NCBI GenBank assembly: GCA_025603075.1
Contig: MU626280.1
Coordinates: forward strand, 1-64,000
Source of the DNA: Neoconidiobolus thromboides FSU 785
Lineage: Eukaryota > Fungi > Entomophthoromycota
DNA length: 64,000 bases
Direction of reading: 5' to 3'
The position numbers and the translations under genes are program-made. Numbering within the stretch: the stretch's first letter is position 1; each line of letters begins with the position of its first letter. Of this stretch, positions 10,729-24,924 are shown piece after piece. Under the pieces are notes generated by a model. The model was not told the origin of the DNA. It saw only the letters and a list, made by a program, of their open reading frames with translations, and searched no databases.

Positions 10729-11698
10729 TAACTTAAATTGGCTATACAATGGACATATATTCGTTTATACATATAATCATGTCAAATGATTAATGTTAGT
10801 AATACAATGTAACCCAAACTATACTCTTGTAAGCACGTTTTCATGTAATCAAAAAATACTAGAAGAAATCAATAGCTGTTTTAATGCCTTATTAAATTTT
10901 TAGTAATAACACTACGCTTCTATAGTTATTTTCGGAAATGATCCCATCTTTTAGCATACTAAAAATCTAGCATACTTCTAATTTTAAAACTATGATTGGA
11001 TGCATTAAGTATTATTACAATATTATTTAAACTAATGTTGTTGAATAAAAACTCGAAATATTTGTTCTATAATTTATATTTCAAACATCTGATTAAAGAC
11101 ATTATTATTTTAAGTAATGATTTTTATAAGTACTTTATTTTGTTTTAATTATGTAATAAACTGTAACAAACGATCAATTTTGTATTATTTTGTTTTAATT
11201 ATGTGATAATAAAATTTAATTTTTTAAATTTTAACTATCCTTAACCATAATAGTAATATGAAACCTTTTTTATATTATATGAAAGCATAAGTTAATAAAT
11301 TATAAATGAGGCAAAATAAATAATTAGAAAATGTTTTATTACATATAAACAATGTTACATTGTCATACGCTTTAATCAACAAAGAAAGCAGAAAATCAAA
11401 TGAAAATGATCAAATTTAATAAAAATATTTAAACCAATATATACTTTTTCGAAATGTTTTTACTATGATTTGATATATTGATAATAAAATAAATTTACAA
11501 TTGTATTAGAATGACTATAGTTTAATCTCAATATTTAATAATTTTATCGAAATATGCAAATAGCTTTTCATCAAAAATTAATATCATAAATGCTCATTTT
11601 CTTTCACTTATTTAAGAAAACGCTCAAATAAAAGTTATCTTTGGTCAAAATTTATCTTATTTAAAAAATAAATATTCCTTCATAGTATTATTGCATGT

Positions 11699-11790
11699 GG
11701 GGGTGTTTTTGGCTTCATTACTTTTTCCATCTTTTAAGCATTATTTGAGCGGAAAACTTGTAAAATCCTTAAACACAAAAATACATCCCC
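11699..11790 (-). mobile_element. MITE copy
   Basis: Reverse orientation, flanks ATGT/ATAT. Confidence 0.9.
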
Positions 11791-13172
11791 ATATTAAGTT
11801 GAGCCTGGAATACAACCTTTTGATATAATTACCACTTCAGCTTTGTTTATTAGTTATCCAATTATAGTGAATATGTCAAAGGATTTTTTTTGGATTAAAC
11901 TAAGTTTGAGCTTTTTAATATAAAAAAGTTTAATTAAATAAAGTCTACTTTTCCAGCTTTAGGTTAAATTCATGTTATAGCTAATTCTGAAATAAATTAA
12001 AATTTAAAAAATTTATATCATGTTTAATTTATAACTTTCATAATAAGCCAAAGCCAGAAAACGATCAAGCCTCAGGCTTGAGCTACTTTTAAAAATCTTA
12101 AAATAATCTTCATAACAAATATATTTTTAATATAATTTTACACACAAACTGATATTTGAAAAATGCTTTTCAAACCAACGTGTAACTATCGCACCTCTTT
12201 TGCAACTTAATTTTTTCTTAAATGAACAGTTGATTAAGTCAAAATTCATATATCCTATATGATTAAGGTTTAAAAAAATCAGCCATATAAATAATTTAGT
12301 TATACAAGTTACCGCTAAAAAAGTTGCAAAAGAACTTCAACAGCTATATTATTAAATTTTTAAAATAAAGGCCTCTTTTAAATATAAGATTCTTACAGTT
12401 CCTATACATTAATTTAAAATTTTATGTAAAGTGAAGATCTATTGGCTATAATCTTAAAAATATTTGGAGGTGAACTTAGATTGCAAAATATAAACTTATA
12501 TTTTTCATTAAAAATTTATAGTAAAAGTAAAAGTAAAAGTAAATGAACAGAATAGTAGTAAGATATATATATCCTTTTCATATATTAAATATTTTCGCCT
12601 ATATGACTTTTTATTTATTTGTTATTAGTTCAAAGTCTATACTTAGTATCTACAGATAAAGTTTCTTGAATCCAATTAATTAAAGTTAACACTCAATAAT
12701 TTAATAAAAAATTTTACAACTATGATTGGGCGATAAAATTAAAATCCAGAAAGTATAGGTTTCAAGAACACAAACTTACTGCTAAAAATAAGAAAGAAAT
12801 TAAGTTAGCTAAATGATAGGTGGAAGGACAAAATAATATCAAGTCAACTTTTTAAAATCAAATGGATTGGCTGAAATTGAAGGTTCGAATTGCTATTTTA
12901 AAAAACTGATTTACCAACTTAGACAAAAAAACCTCCTTTTACCTTGGATTTTTAACATTAGTTTATAATACTTGGGCCAAATTGTATTTATTTGACTTTT
13001 ATGTACCTTACAGTGTATTTCAAAATATTTAACATCTACAGCGTTTTGATCCTATCTTAACTTAGCACTCACATCCCATTTTGTACTTTATTTGTAAATT
13101 ACCTTTTTAACTTGCTATCTTTTCAACTACATATTTTGCATTCATTTTTAAACTGTATATATTTTATCCACT

Positions 13173-13724
13173 ATGGAAACAAATGAACTTATTTTTATTG
13201 TGATGGGTAGTCTAGCCGGTGCTTTTATTTTAGTAGGAATTATAGCTGGTAGTATTTTAAGATGTAGGCATAGAGTATTAGATAAAAAATATCAAGCAAA
13301 GGTTGCTCCAGCCTATCATTATGATCAACATGATCCAGAATCAGGAAACATACCACTAAATAATGTAGCTTCTACAAACGACTTGCTTACAAAGCCAAAA
13401 TCTATAGCTACTTTAAATCAATCATCATCAGACTCATTTTTTAGCCATGGACAGGGTTATGACAAATCCTCAAACGAAGGGAAAGGGTTTTTGAGAAACC
13501 TAGACTCAGTTAATAGTCCTTCTGAAAAACCAAGAGTGGATGACTTCCCACCTTCTTATGATAGTAAAAGCAGCGAGTTAGATCCTTATGGTAAAGGTGT
13601 AGTGGTATTGGATGGGCTCCTAGAGAGTAAAAAATGGAAGCTGAAAGATTTCAAAATTGATAGTTCTATTTGTTCGCCACCTCCATCTGCCAATACACAT
13701 CGTAGCTCATATCAAGTTTGGTGA
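13173..13724 (+). CDS. Single-pass membrane protein with N-terminal TM anchor and cytoplasmic PPxY motif
   Basis: 183-aa ORF with a hydrophobic segment at about residues 6-29 followed by basic RCRHR; a PPSY motif in a Ser-rich tail. Confidence 0.75.
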   Translation: METNELIFIVMGSLAGAFILVGIIAGSILRCRHRVLDKKYQAKVAPAYHYDQHDPESGNIPLNNVASTNDLLTKPKSIATLNQSSSDSFFSHGQGYDKSSNEGKGFLRNLDSVNSPSEKPRVDDFPPSYDSKSSELDPYGKGVVVLDGLLESKKWKLKDFKIDSSICSPPPSANTHRSSYQVW

Positions 13725-14884
13725 TCTATTAGCCGTCTACTCAGGTCCTTGATAAGTCAGCTACTATATACTATTTTTGGTTAAACATGTTGATATAGAC
13801 TATCGTTGTATACGTTCTATAGTGAACCATCTTTGATATAGCTTTTTGTTGTTTTTTGTAATATAAGCTGAATTAAATTTTTAAAGCTAAATTATTTTAT
13901 TTTGATGGTTAATTTATTAAATTTTTTTAACTTATTATTCAAATTTGTACTCAAATTTTCTAAATATCATAAAATACCATCATTTGAAATACTAAACATG
14001 CTAAAAGTTTTACTTTTATAATAGTGTAATTAAGCTTTCATATGGTGCTCTAATATTTTTACTATCTAACCTTAACTAAAATATACTAATATAGTTAACG
14101 TTGAGTACACGTATATAGTCAGCTATAGTTTATTTTTAGTGTGAAGTACATATAGAAATAAAATCTTTTAGATACAACAAAAAGGTTTAAACTTGTGCTA
14201 TAAGTACATTTCTGTGTATGATCCAAATAATTAGTATAGGAACTACCTGAGTTAGTACTTACAATTAAGCTTGACTTTTAAATATTAGTGAGTAGCATTA
14301 CCTCTTTTGCCAAATGAAGAATTACATTACTTGTATTTGTGCAGCATGAATTACAATATTGTACTCTCATACTTTATCTAGTGATTGAAATTGTAATTCT
14401 ATATCTGTATACTTAAATTCACAAGATATTTGCTCTTGATATTTTTGATGACTTTCAAATAGCCCATTATTAACAAATAGTAAGGGGTTCAAGTTTTATT
14501 ATGAGAAGTTCATACTTTATTCATAAGCTATCTTCCATGAAGTTTTGTTTTATTTATATTCAATGTGTAATAAATCCATAGGCTCAAATATTATTTCTGT
14601 TTATGACATAACTGTTAATATTAACGATGCTTGATCTTTGTTGTTTTTTTGAAATTCTGATTAATTGAGGATAAATAAACTTTATGATATTAACATTAAT
14701 AGCTAGTGATAAAAAAGAGTCAAAGTAAATAGTTAGAATAATGCCATTTAATATTTTGGGCTACTATTCATTTGAAGCTAGCAGTTGTACTAACTACATG
14801 ATAAAATGATATACAAACTAAAAATATTACTTATTATTTTAAACTTATATATTTTAACAAATATCAGCACTTTAGACCATATTT

Positions 14885-15579
14885 TTATGAGAGAAGGCTA
14901 CGTGCAATACGTTCTTTGGCGGTATTATAAGCTTGTAAAATAGTTTGCTCGTTAATCTGAAGTTCTCCCATATCATTACTACGCTTTGAAACTCTGAATG
15001 TGATTTTTTCTGTATCAACTTCTAAAATAATTCTATAAAACGATCAGTTTATGTAAATAAATTAAATCTAAACGTACCCATCATCAATTATTTCATCTAA
15101 CACTAAAGCGATGCAGTCAATATTTTCGATAATACTACGCTTCTCTAATGGTGCCCTATTTAATTTGAATAAATTTTAAATCTATTTAACCAATTTGCTT
15201 ACCTTAAAATACTAGCGACTGAGTCTGAGAAAGCTTCTAGAACAGAATTTAATAAAAGTTCGTTTTCTTCAGCGTCACCGACGACATAAACAATGATATC
15301 TGGGAAGTAACGGAACAAAACAACATTTCCATCATAAAGGATAATGTCACTTCCTAAAGAGGGTTCAACTTCTAGCTAGTTTACTTGATTAAAATAATTA
15401 CCTTTTCCCTTAGAAGTTTTTTTAAATAATGAAGTTTCAAATTTACGTTGATCTTTTAAGTTGGAGTATTTTTTTTGAGACGCACTATCTTGGTTACGAG
15501 TATAATAATTAGCTAATACTCTCTTACCCTCATTGTCTAAGATTAAAAAGGCATGGACTGAATATAATGATAATGACAT
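14885..15579 (-). CDS. RET3: Coatomer subunit zeta (COPI); 4 exons: 15579-15402, 15353-15203, 15156-15078, 15032-14885
   Basis: SVHAFLILDNEGKRVLANYY, DAEENELLLNSVL, LVLDEIIDDGIILEVD; GT-AG introns restore the frame. Confidence 0.93.
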
Positions 15580-15794
15580 CTTAGAAATAAAAATTAGTTA
15601 TTCTTGTCATTTTGTTAAATAACAATTAATGATAAGTTAAATGATCATTGGTCCACTTTTTGCTAAATATTGTTGTTAGCTCTTTGCAAAACCAAATAGT
15701 AATGATTTTCTATTCTATTTTTGTCCATTTTCATAAAGGTAAAATTTAGAAAAATTGTTGATAAATTGACAAATAAAAAAGACATTCTAAATTT

Positions 15795-15889
15795 GGGGAT
15801 GTTTTGTATTTAAGAGTTTTACTAATAATTTTTCATCCAAATAGCACTTGAAAGATAGAAAAAGTAATGAAGCCAAAAAAAACATCCTC
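15795..15889 (+). mobile_element. MITE copy in the RET3/NHX1 divergent promoter
   Basis: ATTT TSD on both sides. Confidence 0.88.
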
Positions 15890-16018
15890 ATTTTATCATG
15901 CTATGAAATCATCTTGATGATAGATTAAGTTTAGTTTTCGGAAAAACTTAAGTCACTCATTAAGTATAAATATCAAAATATTTGTTTGATATTTCTTTTT
16001 TATAAAAAATTATAAATT

Positions 16019-17941
16019 ATGACCGAGTTACAACAAACGCCTTTGAATGATACTACACTATTGGAAGGTATTGATACAGTAGCACAAGCTGAAGAGTTTT
16101 ATGCTTCATGGGCAATATTAATCATAATCGCGCTTTTGTGTGGTACGTTATTGGTATCGTATTTTCTACAAAGAAGAAAAATCACCTTTATTCATGAGAG
16201 TACAGTAGCTATATTTATGGGAATGTTTGTTGGAGTTATTATAAAGCTTATGAACGATCCAATCCTCAAAAGTAATTTAAGCTTTAAATACACAATTTTT
16301 TTCAATATATTACTTCCGCCGATTATTTTGAGCTCTGGATATGAATTAGACAGAAAAACATTTTTTAAGAATTTCGGTTTAATACTGACGTTTGCTTTTG
16401 TTGGAACAACAATTTCTAGCATGATAATAGGTGGTTTAATTTATTTATTTACTTCAATAGGAATAAACAGGATCAATATGTCTTTTGTGGAATGTTTGAT
16501 GCTAGGATCCATTTTGTCGTCAACAGATCCAGTCACTGTTTTAGCTATATTTTCACAACTCAAAGTAGACCCTAAACTTTATGCAATTATATTTGGAGAA
16601 TCAATGTTAAATGACTCAGTTGCTATTGTTTTATTTGAATCTTTACAGCATGTTGCCAATAAAGAATTAGAAGGAAGTTTGATATGGGAAGGCTTTGGAT
16701 ATTTCATTATTAGTTTTTTGGGATCTTTGATGATTGGTTCAATAAGCGGCTTTACAATCTCATTGATGTTAAAGCTTACGAAATTACATACAATTCCTTT
16801 AATAGAGTCATCTTTAGTGACATTATTGGCTTATGGAACGTATTTTTTTTCAAATTTCTTATCAATGTCAGGTAATTAATATTATTTTTTTACTAATCAG
16901 CAAGTTTAACATCAAATAGGAATCGTTTCTTTACTATTTTGTAGTATTATACTTAAGCATTATGGCTATAGTAATATGTCAAAAGAATCCCAAAATACAA
17001 CTACGTCACTCTTTAAGCTTTTAGCTCAATTATCTGAGAATTTTTGTTTCATTTATTTGGGAATTGCATTATTCACTTCACCAGTAGAAAATTATAGCTT
17101 TTTACTTGTTTTATGCTCTTTAGTAGGTTGATATTTTTTTAATAGTCATCTTACTAATATTTTTTAGTTTTCAGTATGCTTTGCACGCTACTGTTCCACC
17201 ATCCCACTTTCGAAAGTGATCAATAAGATCCAAAAAATGGGAGGCAATACTGAAGAAGTTATCAGTCATGAATATCAATTGATGCTCTTCTGGGCTGGAC
17301 TAAGAGGGGCTGTAGCATTTGCTTTAGCAATGGAAATGGAATCAACAAATTCTTCTGTAATGCGTAGTACAATATTGATTGTAGTCGTTGTAACTGTAAT
17401 ATTTTTTGGGGGCACAACCCCAGTTTTCATCAAACATTTAGGAATACAGACTGGTGTGGATTCTACCGCCCCCATTGTTTCTACTATTAGAAATAGCTTT
17501 GATTTGTATAGTGATGAACATGAAGAAGACGAAGACTCCTATGGCGGCTCAGATAATGCCCTTTTGAACAATAACCCAGAAATCGTTGTACATCATCCAG
17601 GTTCCAACTTGAATGCAAAATCTCCAGAATCAAATAGTAGTACTATTTTAACTGCAAGAGATTCTTTTGAGTTAGGAACGGAAAATTGGTTTAATTCAAT
17701 TGATGATCACATCCTTAAGCCTATTTTTACACACAAAAAAGCACCTCATTATAATGTACAAGATCACTTGGTTGAAAGTAGAGCTAGTTCAAGTAATGGA
17801 TTTAGAAATGGGCTCAATGAAGGAAACTCAATGAATTATGTGTCTGAATCAACTTTAGGACAGTCGAGTGATTTTAATGATCGCTCCAAGAATAGTCCAT
17901 CTTTTGATAGTCCATCACCTAAAAACGATCATTTGTCCTAA
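16019..17941 (+). CDS. NHX1: Endosomal Na+(K+)/H+ exchanger, CPA1 family; 3 exons
   Basis: FFNILLPPIILSSGY, SSTDPVTVLAIF, FGESMLNDSVAIVLF, LFWAGLRGAVAFALA; introns at ~16873-16919 and ~17125-17167. Confidence 0.95.
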
Positions 17942-18258
17942 TATTTATTTGATTTTAAATTAACAATAATTTAGATTTATATCATTTATCAAGTTTATTA
18001 AAAAACAGCTCTATATCTTTTAAGCTTGACTATTATCCACCCAAAAATACAGTTAAAATAAAATAGTTTACTGTCTATTATTTAAATTTAGTTTGCAATA
18101 AATCACGTTATACTATTTGAATAAAATTAAAAGAGATTTAACAATTTAAATTTGCTATTAAGTATTAAAATATATTAAAATACATTTACTTTATAAAATT
18201 ATTATTTTGTTCATTAAACTTATACTTGTTTAATATAAGTAATATTCTAACTTTATCA

Positions 18259-21200
18259 CTATCCTACTAATTTAAAAAGCCTCTTTAGATCAACATAACG
18301 CTGTCCACTGAGTTTAATGTATCCCTCTATTAATGTTGTAATTTCGCTTCTCGTTTTGGTATGCTTGTCCACAAACTCTTGCGCTGAAGCTAAACGATGA
18401 TCAGATAATATCTAATTAAAGTAAAAAAAATTTACCGTGGTCGATTCCACTTGCAGTCAATGCCTTAATATTACCTTTATAGTCGAAAAGATGTAAATAG
18501 TAGCTTAAGACATTATATAGTTTTTGAGGTGTTATTTCGAGGTACAAAGTTCCTTCACATCCTGCTTTACTACATTTCTTACCCTTTCCAGAGGTGGGAT
18601 GGGCTTGTAAAGAGATACAACGTGTTTTTTGCCCACAAATAAATTCATTGCACTTCAACCATCCTTGATTAAACTTATGGATATGTTTCCTTATAGAATT
18701 TTCAATTGAGTTTTGCAAATAAAACGTATGGGTTATCTCGTTACAACCAGGGCATGTATTTCCAAGAGTTGGTATCTAATTAAAATAAATATATCATCGC
18801 TACTAATTAAATTTTAATGATTACTTGATTAACTGAGACAGCAAATTTGTTAAACTTAAATGATTTTTCGCATTTTTTACAGTTAAGCTCTAAAGGTTCA
18901 ATACCAGAAAATCTTTCAGTTTCCGATACCAGAGAATCTAATAAACTTTCAGAACCAAGTTCATCTGAAATAGCTGAGGAATATTTTCTAGAATCAAGGC
19001 CTATAAAAATCAGCAAAATCCAAAAAAAGTGACTTTATCATTACCTAAACAATCAGCCAAATTACCACTTGAAGTGCCCTCAATACAATCACAAAGTCTG
19101 GAAATGGGTGGTAATATTTGACGAGTAAAATACCATTCAAAATCTACTTCAAGGGTTCCATTAGACTTTGTAAACTCATCAAAAGAGTATGCTCTCATAG
19201 CATAAGATTTCTTATTTACTTCTTCATCCTCTGATTTACATATTATATAGTTAACAGTTTCGCCCTTAACAAATGGGGCTCCACGTGCTTTTTGAAGCCT
19301 TAAAGCAACTTGAACTTGTGGTTGGGATTGAGCATCTTGGTATTTATCAAGTGGTTTGCTAATACTCTAAAAACGAAATTAATACTGGGAACACATCCAA
19401 TATAGCTAAATACCTTAAATATCATAAACTTATAAGCTGGGATATCGCGATTTCGAATAGCACTGCTCATTTTTCTTAAATACTCATGTACTTCTGTAAC
19501 AATAGCATCCCTTTCATTACCACTTAGGATTTGATCCAAAATATGTCTAAATAGATAAGATAACTGATTATTATGAACTATTAGTAATTACTGTGACATT
19601 TCTTGTGAAAGCTCACAAAATTCTCTACGAACTAAGTCTAGACCTTTAACTTCAATATGTGTTTTATAATTTTCTTTTTGTCCTTTAATTGTATCAAATT
19701 TTAATTCCTGAATTACTAAAGCAGCATATTTCTTTTTTTGTAAAAGCAAAAGACTTTTGAATACACCATCAATATCAATTTCAAGGTTTTTATACTTTTG
19801 GTTCACCTTCTTTTTAAATTGATGAGCGATTTGCTTAGCTGTCGGCAATTCAAGGGTATGAGTATTAATCATAATAGAATCAGTATCACCATAAATAACC
19901 TTTAAAGTGTTTAGATTATTAATATCTTATGCCGAAAAAATTACTTCTAAACCGTCATTATCAGCAAGTTCTACAGTACTTTGTAATACCTCACGACCTT
20001 TACTAGTGATAAGCATGGCAAGTTGTTTAGCATAAAACCGGGACAGTGGATAACCTAAACATCCATACATACTGTTTGCTGTTAACTTAAGAGCTTTTTG
20101 TCTGATATCAAGCTATTAAAGATTAGATTTGTTTTAATATCAAATTATAAAATTACTTCAGCTAATTTCGAAGGGCTAAGATTTTTATCTTTTAGTAATT
20201 TCTTTACTTGGACACGACGTTCAATAAGTGTGCTTAACAATTTTGGAAGTAAGCCTGTTTTCATATTTTTTTCAGGTACTTCAGGTAAATCATCCTAATC
20301 AAGTTAACCATATACCTAATAATACTATATGTAAAATTACCGTAGATGGATCACGGTCGACAGTTGTAAAACAAATATTATATTCTTGAATAATAGAAGG
20401 GTATAATGAATTGAAATCTAACAATAATACTAAATTATCATATAATCCCCTTTTAGGATCTAAAACTAATCCACCAGCATATGCAGCTTTACGACGTGAA
20501 GTGTTATCGTTTTCTATATACCAATTTAGAAATTCAAATTAAAACAACCTTCAATTTACCTTGAGCTTCTTCATCCTCAGGAACGTCTTTTGTAAATGGC
20601 TTTTTGTCAGGACATATATATTTGAGTTTATGAAATTCATGAAGTAAAAGGTATTCATTTCGCTTAGCCCTAGCACCAGTTATAGTATGATTCCTAATAT
20701 ATTTAATAACAGGGTACAAATTCAAAACAAACCTATTTACCATAAATTACCGGCCAAGGTAGTCAACTGTTTAGATAAAGGCAAAAGCTGAAGCTTAAAC
20801 ATAAGAGCCGCTGAGAAGTCAGCATCAAGAGCAGATGATTGAAATAGCTTATACAGTTTTCCTTCGTCAAGGAAATATTCTGCAATCTTTTCGAAATCAA
20901 TTTCTTCTTTGGTGATGTTAAGTTGATCTTTGCATAGTTGATTAAGACTATAAGATTTTGATTTCACTGCGTCCTAGAAAAAATTAATATAATAGGAGTT
21001 GTAATTGATTTAAGCATACTTTAGCTCCTAAATACGTATCACAAATAATTCTCCCATTAACAAGGTTACGATTTTGATAAGACGCAAGGTGACCCGATCC
21101 TATAAGATTTTTCAAAGGACTTGAAAAACGAATTAATTAATTGAGTGTAAATTGCTATGACTTACGCAGTCCTACGTAAACGACCGATTGATGACCAATC

Positions 21201-23459
21201 TGAGATATTTAAAGCCTCGAATCTATTCAATAAGACCTCTAAACTGAAACCCAAAAAATTATGCCCGACATAAACGTCTGGGTCATAAGCACGTATACGA
21301 GAGACAATGTAATTTAGTAGCGCTCTTTCGGAAGTGGTAACTTGTATCTCAAAGCCTTTGGATGCCAGGGTACTTTGTAAGTTTGTTGGAATATATGCAT
21401 TAGGTATTTGATTTATAGCACCAATGCGTATAATGTTTTTTCTATCACTTTCAAAGTTTTCTTCAATGTTTGCTATTCATGAAATTAGTATGAACAAACA
21501 AAATCGGTTATATAAACTTACTGCTTTGAAAAACAGATAAATTGATCATTGCAATCTCATTGACATTTGACTTCTTATTTAATATGGTTTTTATAGAAAA
21601 ACTCATGATATTTATTGGTGGAGTTTTGAAATTAAACTTTTCGATTTCATCATCAGATAGTGGAGATACGAATTTAGGAGAATGAACATTATATTCAGCT
21701 TTACAATGACTCAACTAAATACAAACGTTAAAGGAGCTAAATTGACATTTTTATTATTTACCTTGTTCTCCGCTGGACTACAATTTGTAATTTTTACCCA
21801 ACAAGGTCCCATTAATTTACGTTTAACTAAAAAGAGTTCTAATAAAGACGTATTTTTCCCGAATACATGAGAAAAAGTTTCACCTTTAACTATATTAGCA
21901 AAAGGGCATTCTTTATCTAAAGAAAAATTAGATGAAAAAAATTTATTAAAATATAGCTACTTTTATATTGATATTTTAACTTAAAATATTCTGCCTGTTT
22001 CGGAATGTTTTCTGGAGTATCAAATGCATATGAGCGGGTCACTATTTTTGAAGTAAACTGCATTTTATCATACGCTTTTGACCAGAAAGGGCCTATTTCA
22101 TTAATGAACTCGATCAATTTTTTACCTTTTTCTTGTTTATCCATAACTACAATATGTTAATATACGATATAATGAGTGAAAAGTTTGTCACCTTCTTCAG
22201 CATTATAACTTGTTAAAAAGTAAAGATTTCTTTGAATATTACTAATTACTATACAAATTGAAATATACTTTTGCTGTTCTTGGCTATAAGTCTATAAAAC
22301 AAAATGTTAGTAATGTTTTAAAATAAAAGATAGATTTACTTTTCCAATTAGATAAACTTCTCCTTTGTTTTCATTTGCATGCGCATCTATCCAATATACG
22401 TAGATTTCATCAGAGTCATTGCCTTCTACCTTGGGAGCCTCTTCTTTTATTTCACCATTATTGGTGTTATTATCGAAAAATGTATTATTCTCAAATGTGA
22501 GCCAAGCGTCATTTGATTCATCTTTAGTAGTGTTGATCCCATTTTTTATTGGGTCATCATTTAACTCGATACTATCTTGAGGTAGATCAAAACGGACCAT
22601 GTGCTCTTTTTTGACTTTTGGAGATTCTGCCTCGTAATGACTTATATCAAAATCATAAACATCTTCTCTCTAATTTATTTGTTAACATTCTTATTCTATA
22701 ATGAATTTGGTACCTTAATTTCAGATGATATATTTAATTTCTCTTGTAAAGCTAAAGGAAGGTCTTCATCTCCTTCGATTTTATGAGTTTTGAATCCTGG
22801 TTTAGGAATAACTCTAGTGTTGATATTTCTATTAATTGATAATGGAACATTTCTTGGGTCTGGGTTTTTAGGTCTCGATTTAAATGCTGAATCAGCTTGT
22901 ACCAAAATACTTTTCATGAAATCATCATCATCTTCAGCAGCTTTCTATTGAATATTAGTATAAAGCATTCCTAACAAAATTATATACCTTTTTTGGTTTT
23001 CTAATAGATGCTTCATACAAATAGCTTTGAATAGACTTTGTGTTGTTTTTTGATTCTTCAATTTGTTTTGTTTTTTGCTTTTTTTTATCTATTAAAAGTA
23101 TAAGTTTGAGTCAACTTTAAAATTAATTATTTGTACCATTTGAGTTACCAGGTTCCTCATCGGAGTCCATATTGTATACCTCCTCCTTTTGGCCATAATC
23201 CATATAACCCGATCCATCGTCATCTTCAATGAATCTATTTTCATATTGACGACGTAATAAAAAATCTTTTTCTTCAACTTCTACATACATATCATCTTCT
23301 TTGTCCTAAAACACAAATAAATTATATTGGTGTACAAAATAAATTACTGATTACTTCAATAAGATCTAATGCTCTTTCGCCATCTCTAACTCTTTTAAGC
23401 TTCTCAAGAGCTTTGTTAGCAGCACTTTTGGTGTTGTTTCTTCCAGATCTACGACTCAT
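18259..23459 (-). CDS. POL1: DNA polymerase alpha catalytic subunit (multi-exon)
   Basis: B-family motifs [31 protein letters not shown] and [13 protein letters not shown]; C-terminal Zn-finger Cys clusters; N-terminus [22 protein letters not shown]; stop TAG at 18259-18261. Confidence 0.96.
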
Positions 23460-23504
23460 TTTAATGAAAAGGTAAATTTAATTTTTAAACTTGACCATTT
23501 AAAC

Positions 23505-23570
23505 TATTGATTGGTTAGAACGCGTTGATAAAATGAAATAATCTAATTGGTTAGTATTGGTCGCGTAAAA
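23505..23570. promoter_or_regulatory. POL1 proximal promoter: MCB-type ACGCGT (23520-23525) and TCGCGTAAAA (23561-23570) interleaved with three ATTGG (CCAAT) boxes
   Basis: CGCG cores are rare in this AT-rich DNA. These lie 60-110 bp upstream of the POL1 ATG and match known G1/S (MBF/SBF/E2F-type) elements. Confidence 0.65.
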
Positions 23571-24168
23571 ATTGATCATTTTGATCAAATTAGATGACCT
23601 AAAACAAAATCTGTTTAGTTAAGTATAGGTTCATTATCTGGCTCTTTGTCACTAGAATTAATTTTGTTTTAAAATGCACTATTCATTTACTAGTTAGCTT
23701 AGGTTTTAACTTTTTATTGCTTAAGATTTTCATAATGGTTAAAATAACTAAGAATAAGAGTAAAAATTGGATTAAAAAAGTCGAACTAGGTACTAATTTT
23801 TTGGCATAGTTTTTTGAAAATTGAGCTAGCAATTTAACTAGCATACATTGTGACTGAGAGTCACTTCCAGCAGGATAAAAAATCCAACTTTAGTGGCTAG
23901 GGATCATTTCCAAGAAGCAGAAAGTTAAGCTATTCTTTATTTTATTGGGCATTATAGAATCATTATATAAAATGATCTCAAATATAATTTTTAATAATAG
24001 TATGAAATTTTTACAAAATTATCAATATTTAATTAAGCACTTTTTCAGTTTGATGAGAAACAAAAGCTGATTAATTAGAAAACAACTAATAAAATGATAT
24101 ATAAGGATGTTTGAACTGGTTTTAGAATTTATTGAAAAATCAATCTAAATTTGGAGTTTTTAACATAT

Positions 24169-24265
24169 GGGGATGTTTTTTGGCTTCATTACTTTTTCCA
24201 TCTTTTAAGCGCTATTTGCGTGGAAAAATTGTTACTAAAATTCTTAAATATAAAAATACACCCCC
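24169..24265 (-). mobile_element. MITE copy
   Basis: Intact termini, ATAT TSD. Confidence 0.92.
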
Positions 24266-24451
24266 ATATAATTAACTAAATTTGAAAAAAGGTAAAGTTG
24301 AATTTTTTTATTTAACCTAAAAGTTTGATCTAGCTGTTTTGTTTTCTTTAAGTTAGTTTTTTTGATTATATACTTTATACTATTTTTATTAAACACTCAA
24401 ACTTTATTATATGTATAATAAATATATAATACATATATAATACATACGTAA

Positions 24452-24510
24452 AGATGTATTTTTTGTTTAAGAATTTTATTAGTAATTTTTTTACTCAAAT
24501 AACATTTAAA
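24452..24510 (+). mobile_element. Truncated MITE copy (left half)
   Basis: AGATGTATTTTTTGTTTAAGAATTTTATTAGTAATTTTTTTACTCAAATA matches the consensus left arm. Confidence 0.65.
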
Positions 24511-24632
24511 AAAAACTTATGCATATAACTGTTTTCTTTTACTTGATATTAAAATTAAAATAGAATGCAAGCTTTTATAATTAAGCTTCAAAATAAAATT
24601 CTTTGAAATTTTGATATAACAAAAAAACACAT

Positions 24633-24730
24633 GGGGGTATATTTTTTTGTATAAGAATTTTACTAACAATCTTTGCACTCAAGTAGCGCTCAAAAAATGA
24701 AAAAAATAATGAAGCCAAAAAAACATCCCC
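24633..24730 (+). mobile_element. MITE copy
   Basis: Flanks ACAT/ATAT. Confidence 0.9.
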
Positions 24731-24843
24731 ATATATTATTATTAATAAAATTAACCAATTGGTATATAAAACTGGTACTTTAAAAGAAATAAAAAATAAA
24801 AACCAGTAAATAAAATCATTGTTAGTTATAGCTTCAGTATATA

Positions 24844-24924
24844 GGAATGTTTTTTCCACCTTTTAAGTGCTATTTGAGCGAAAAAAATTGCTAGTGAAAT
24901 TTTTAAACACAAAAATATATCCTT
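24844..24924 (-). mobile_element. MITE copy with internal deletion
   Basis: TTTTCCACCTTTTAAGTGCTATTTGAGCG core. Confidence 0.75.

Noticed and set aside
12065-12081. Small hairpins TCAAGCC-TCA-GGCTTGA (also 9201-9220 and 37810-37823)
   Set aside because: Short arms expected by chance; no associated element ends identified.
18412-18435. Apparent 24-nt mini-intron in POL1
   Set aside because: That acceptor gives an immediate stop; the acceptor at 18390 (46-nt intron) restores the frame.
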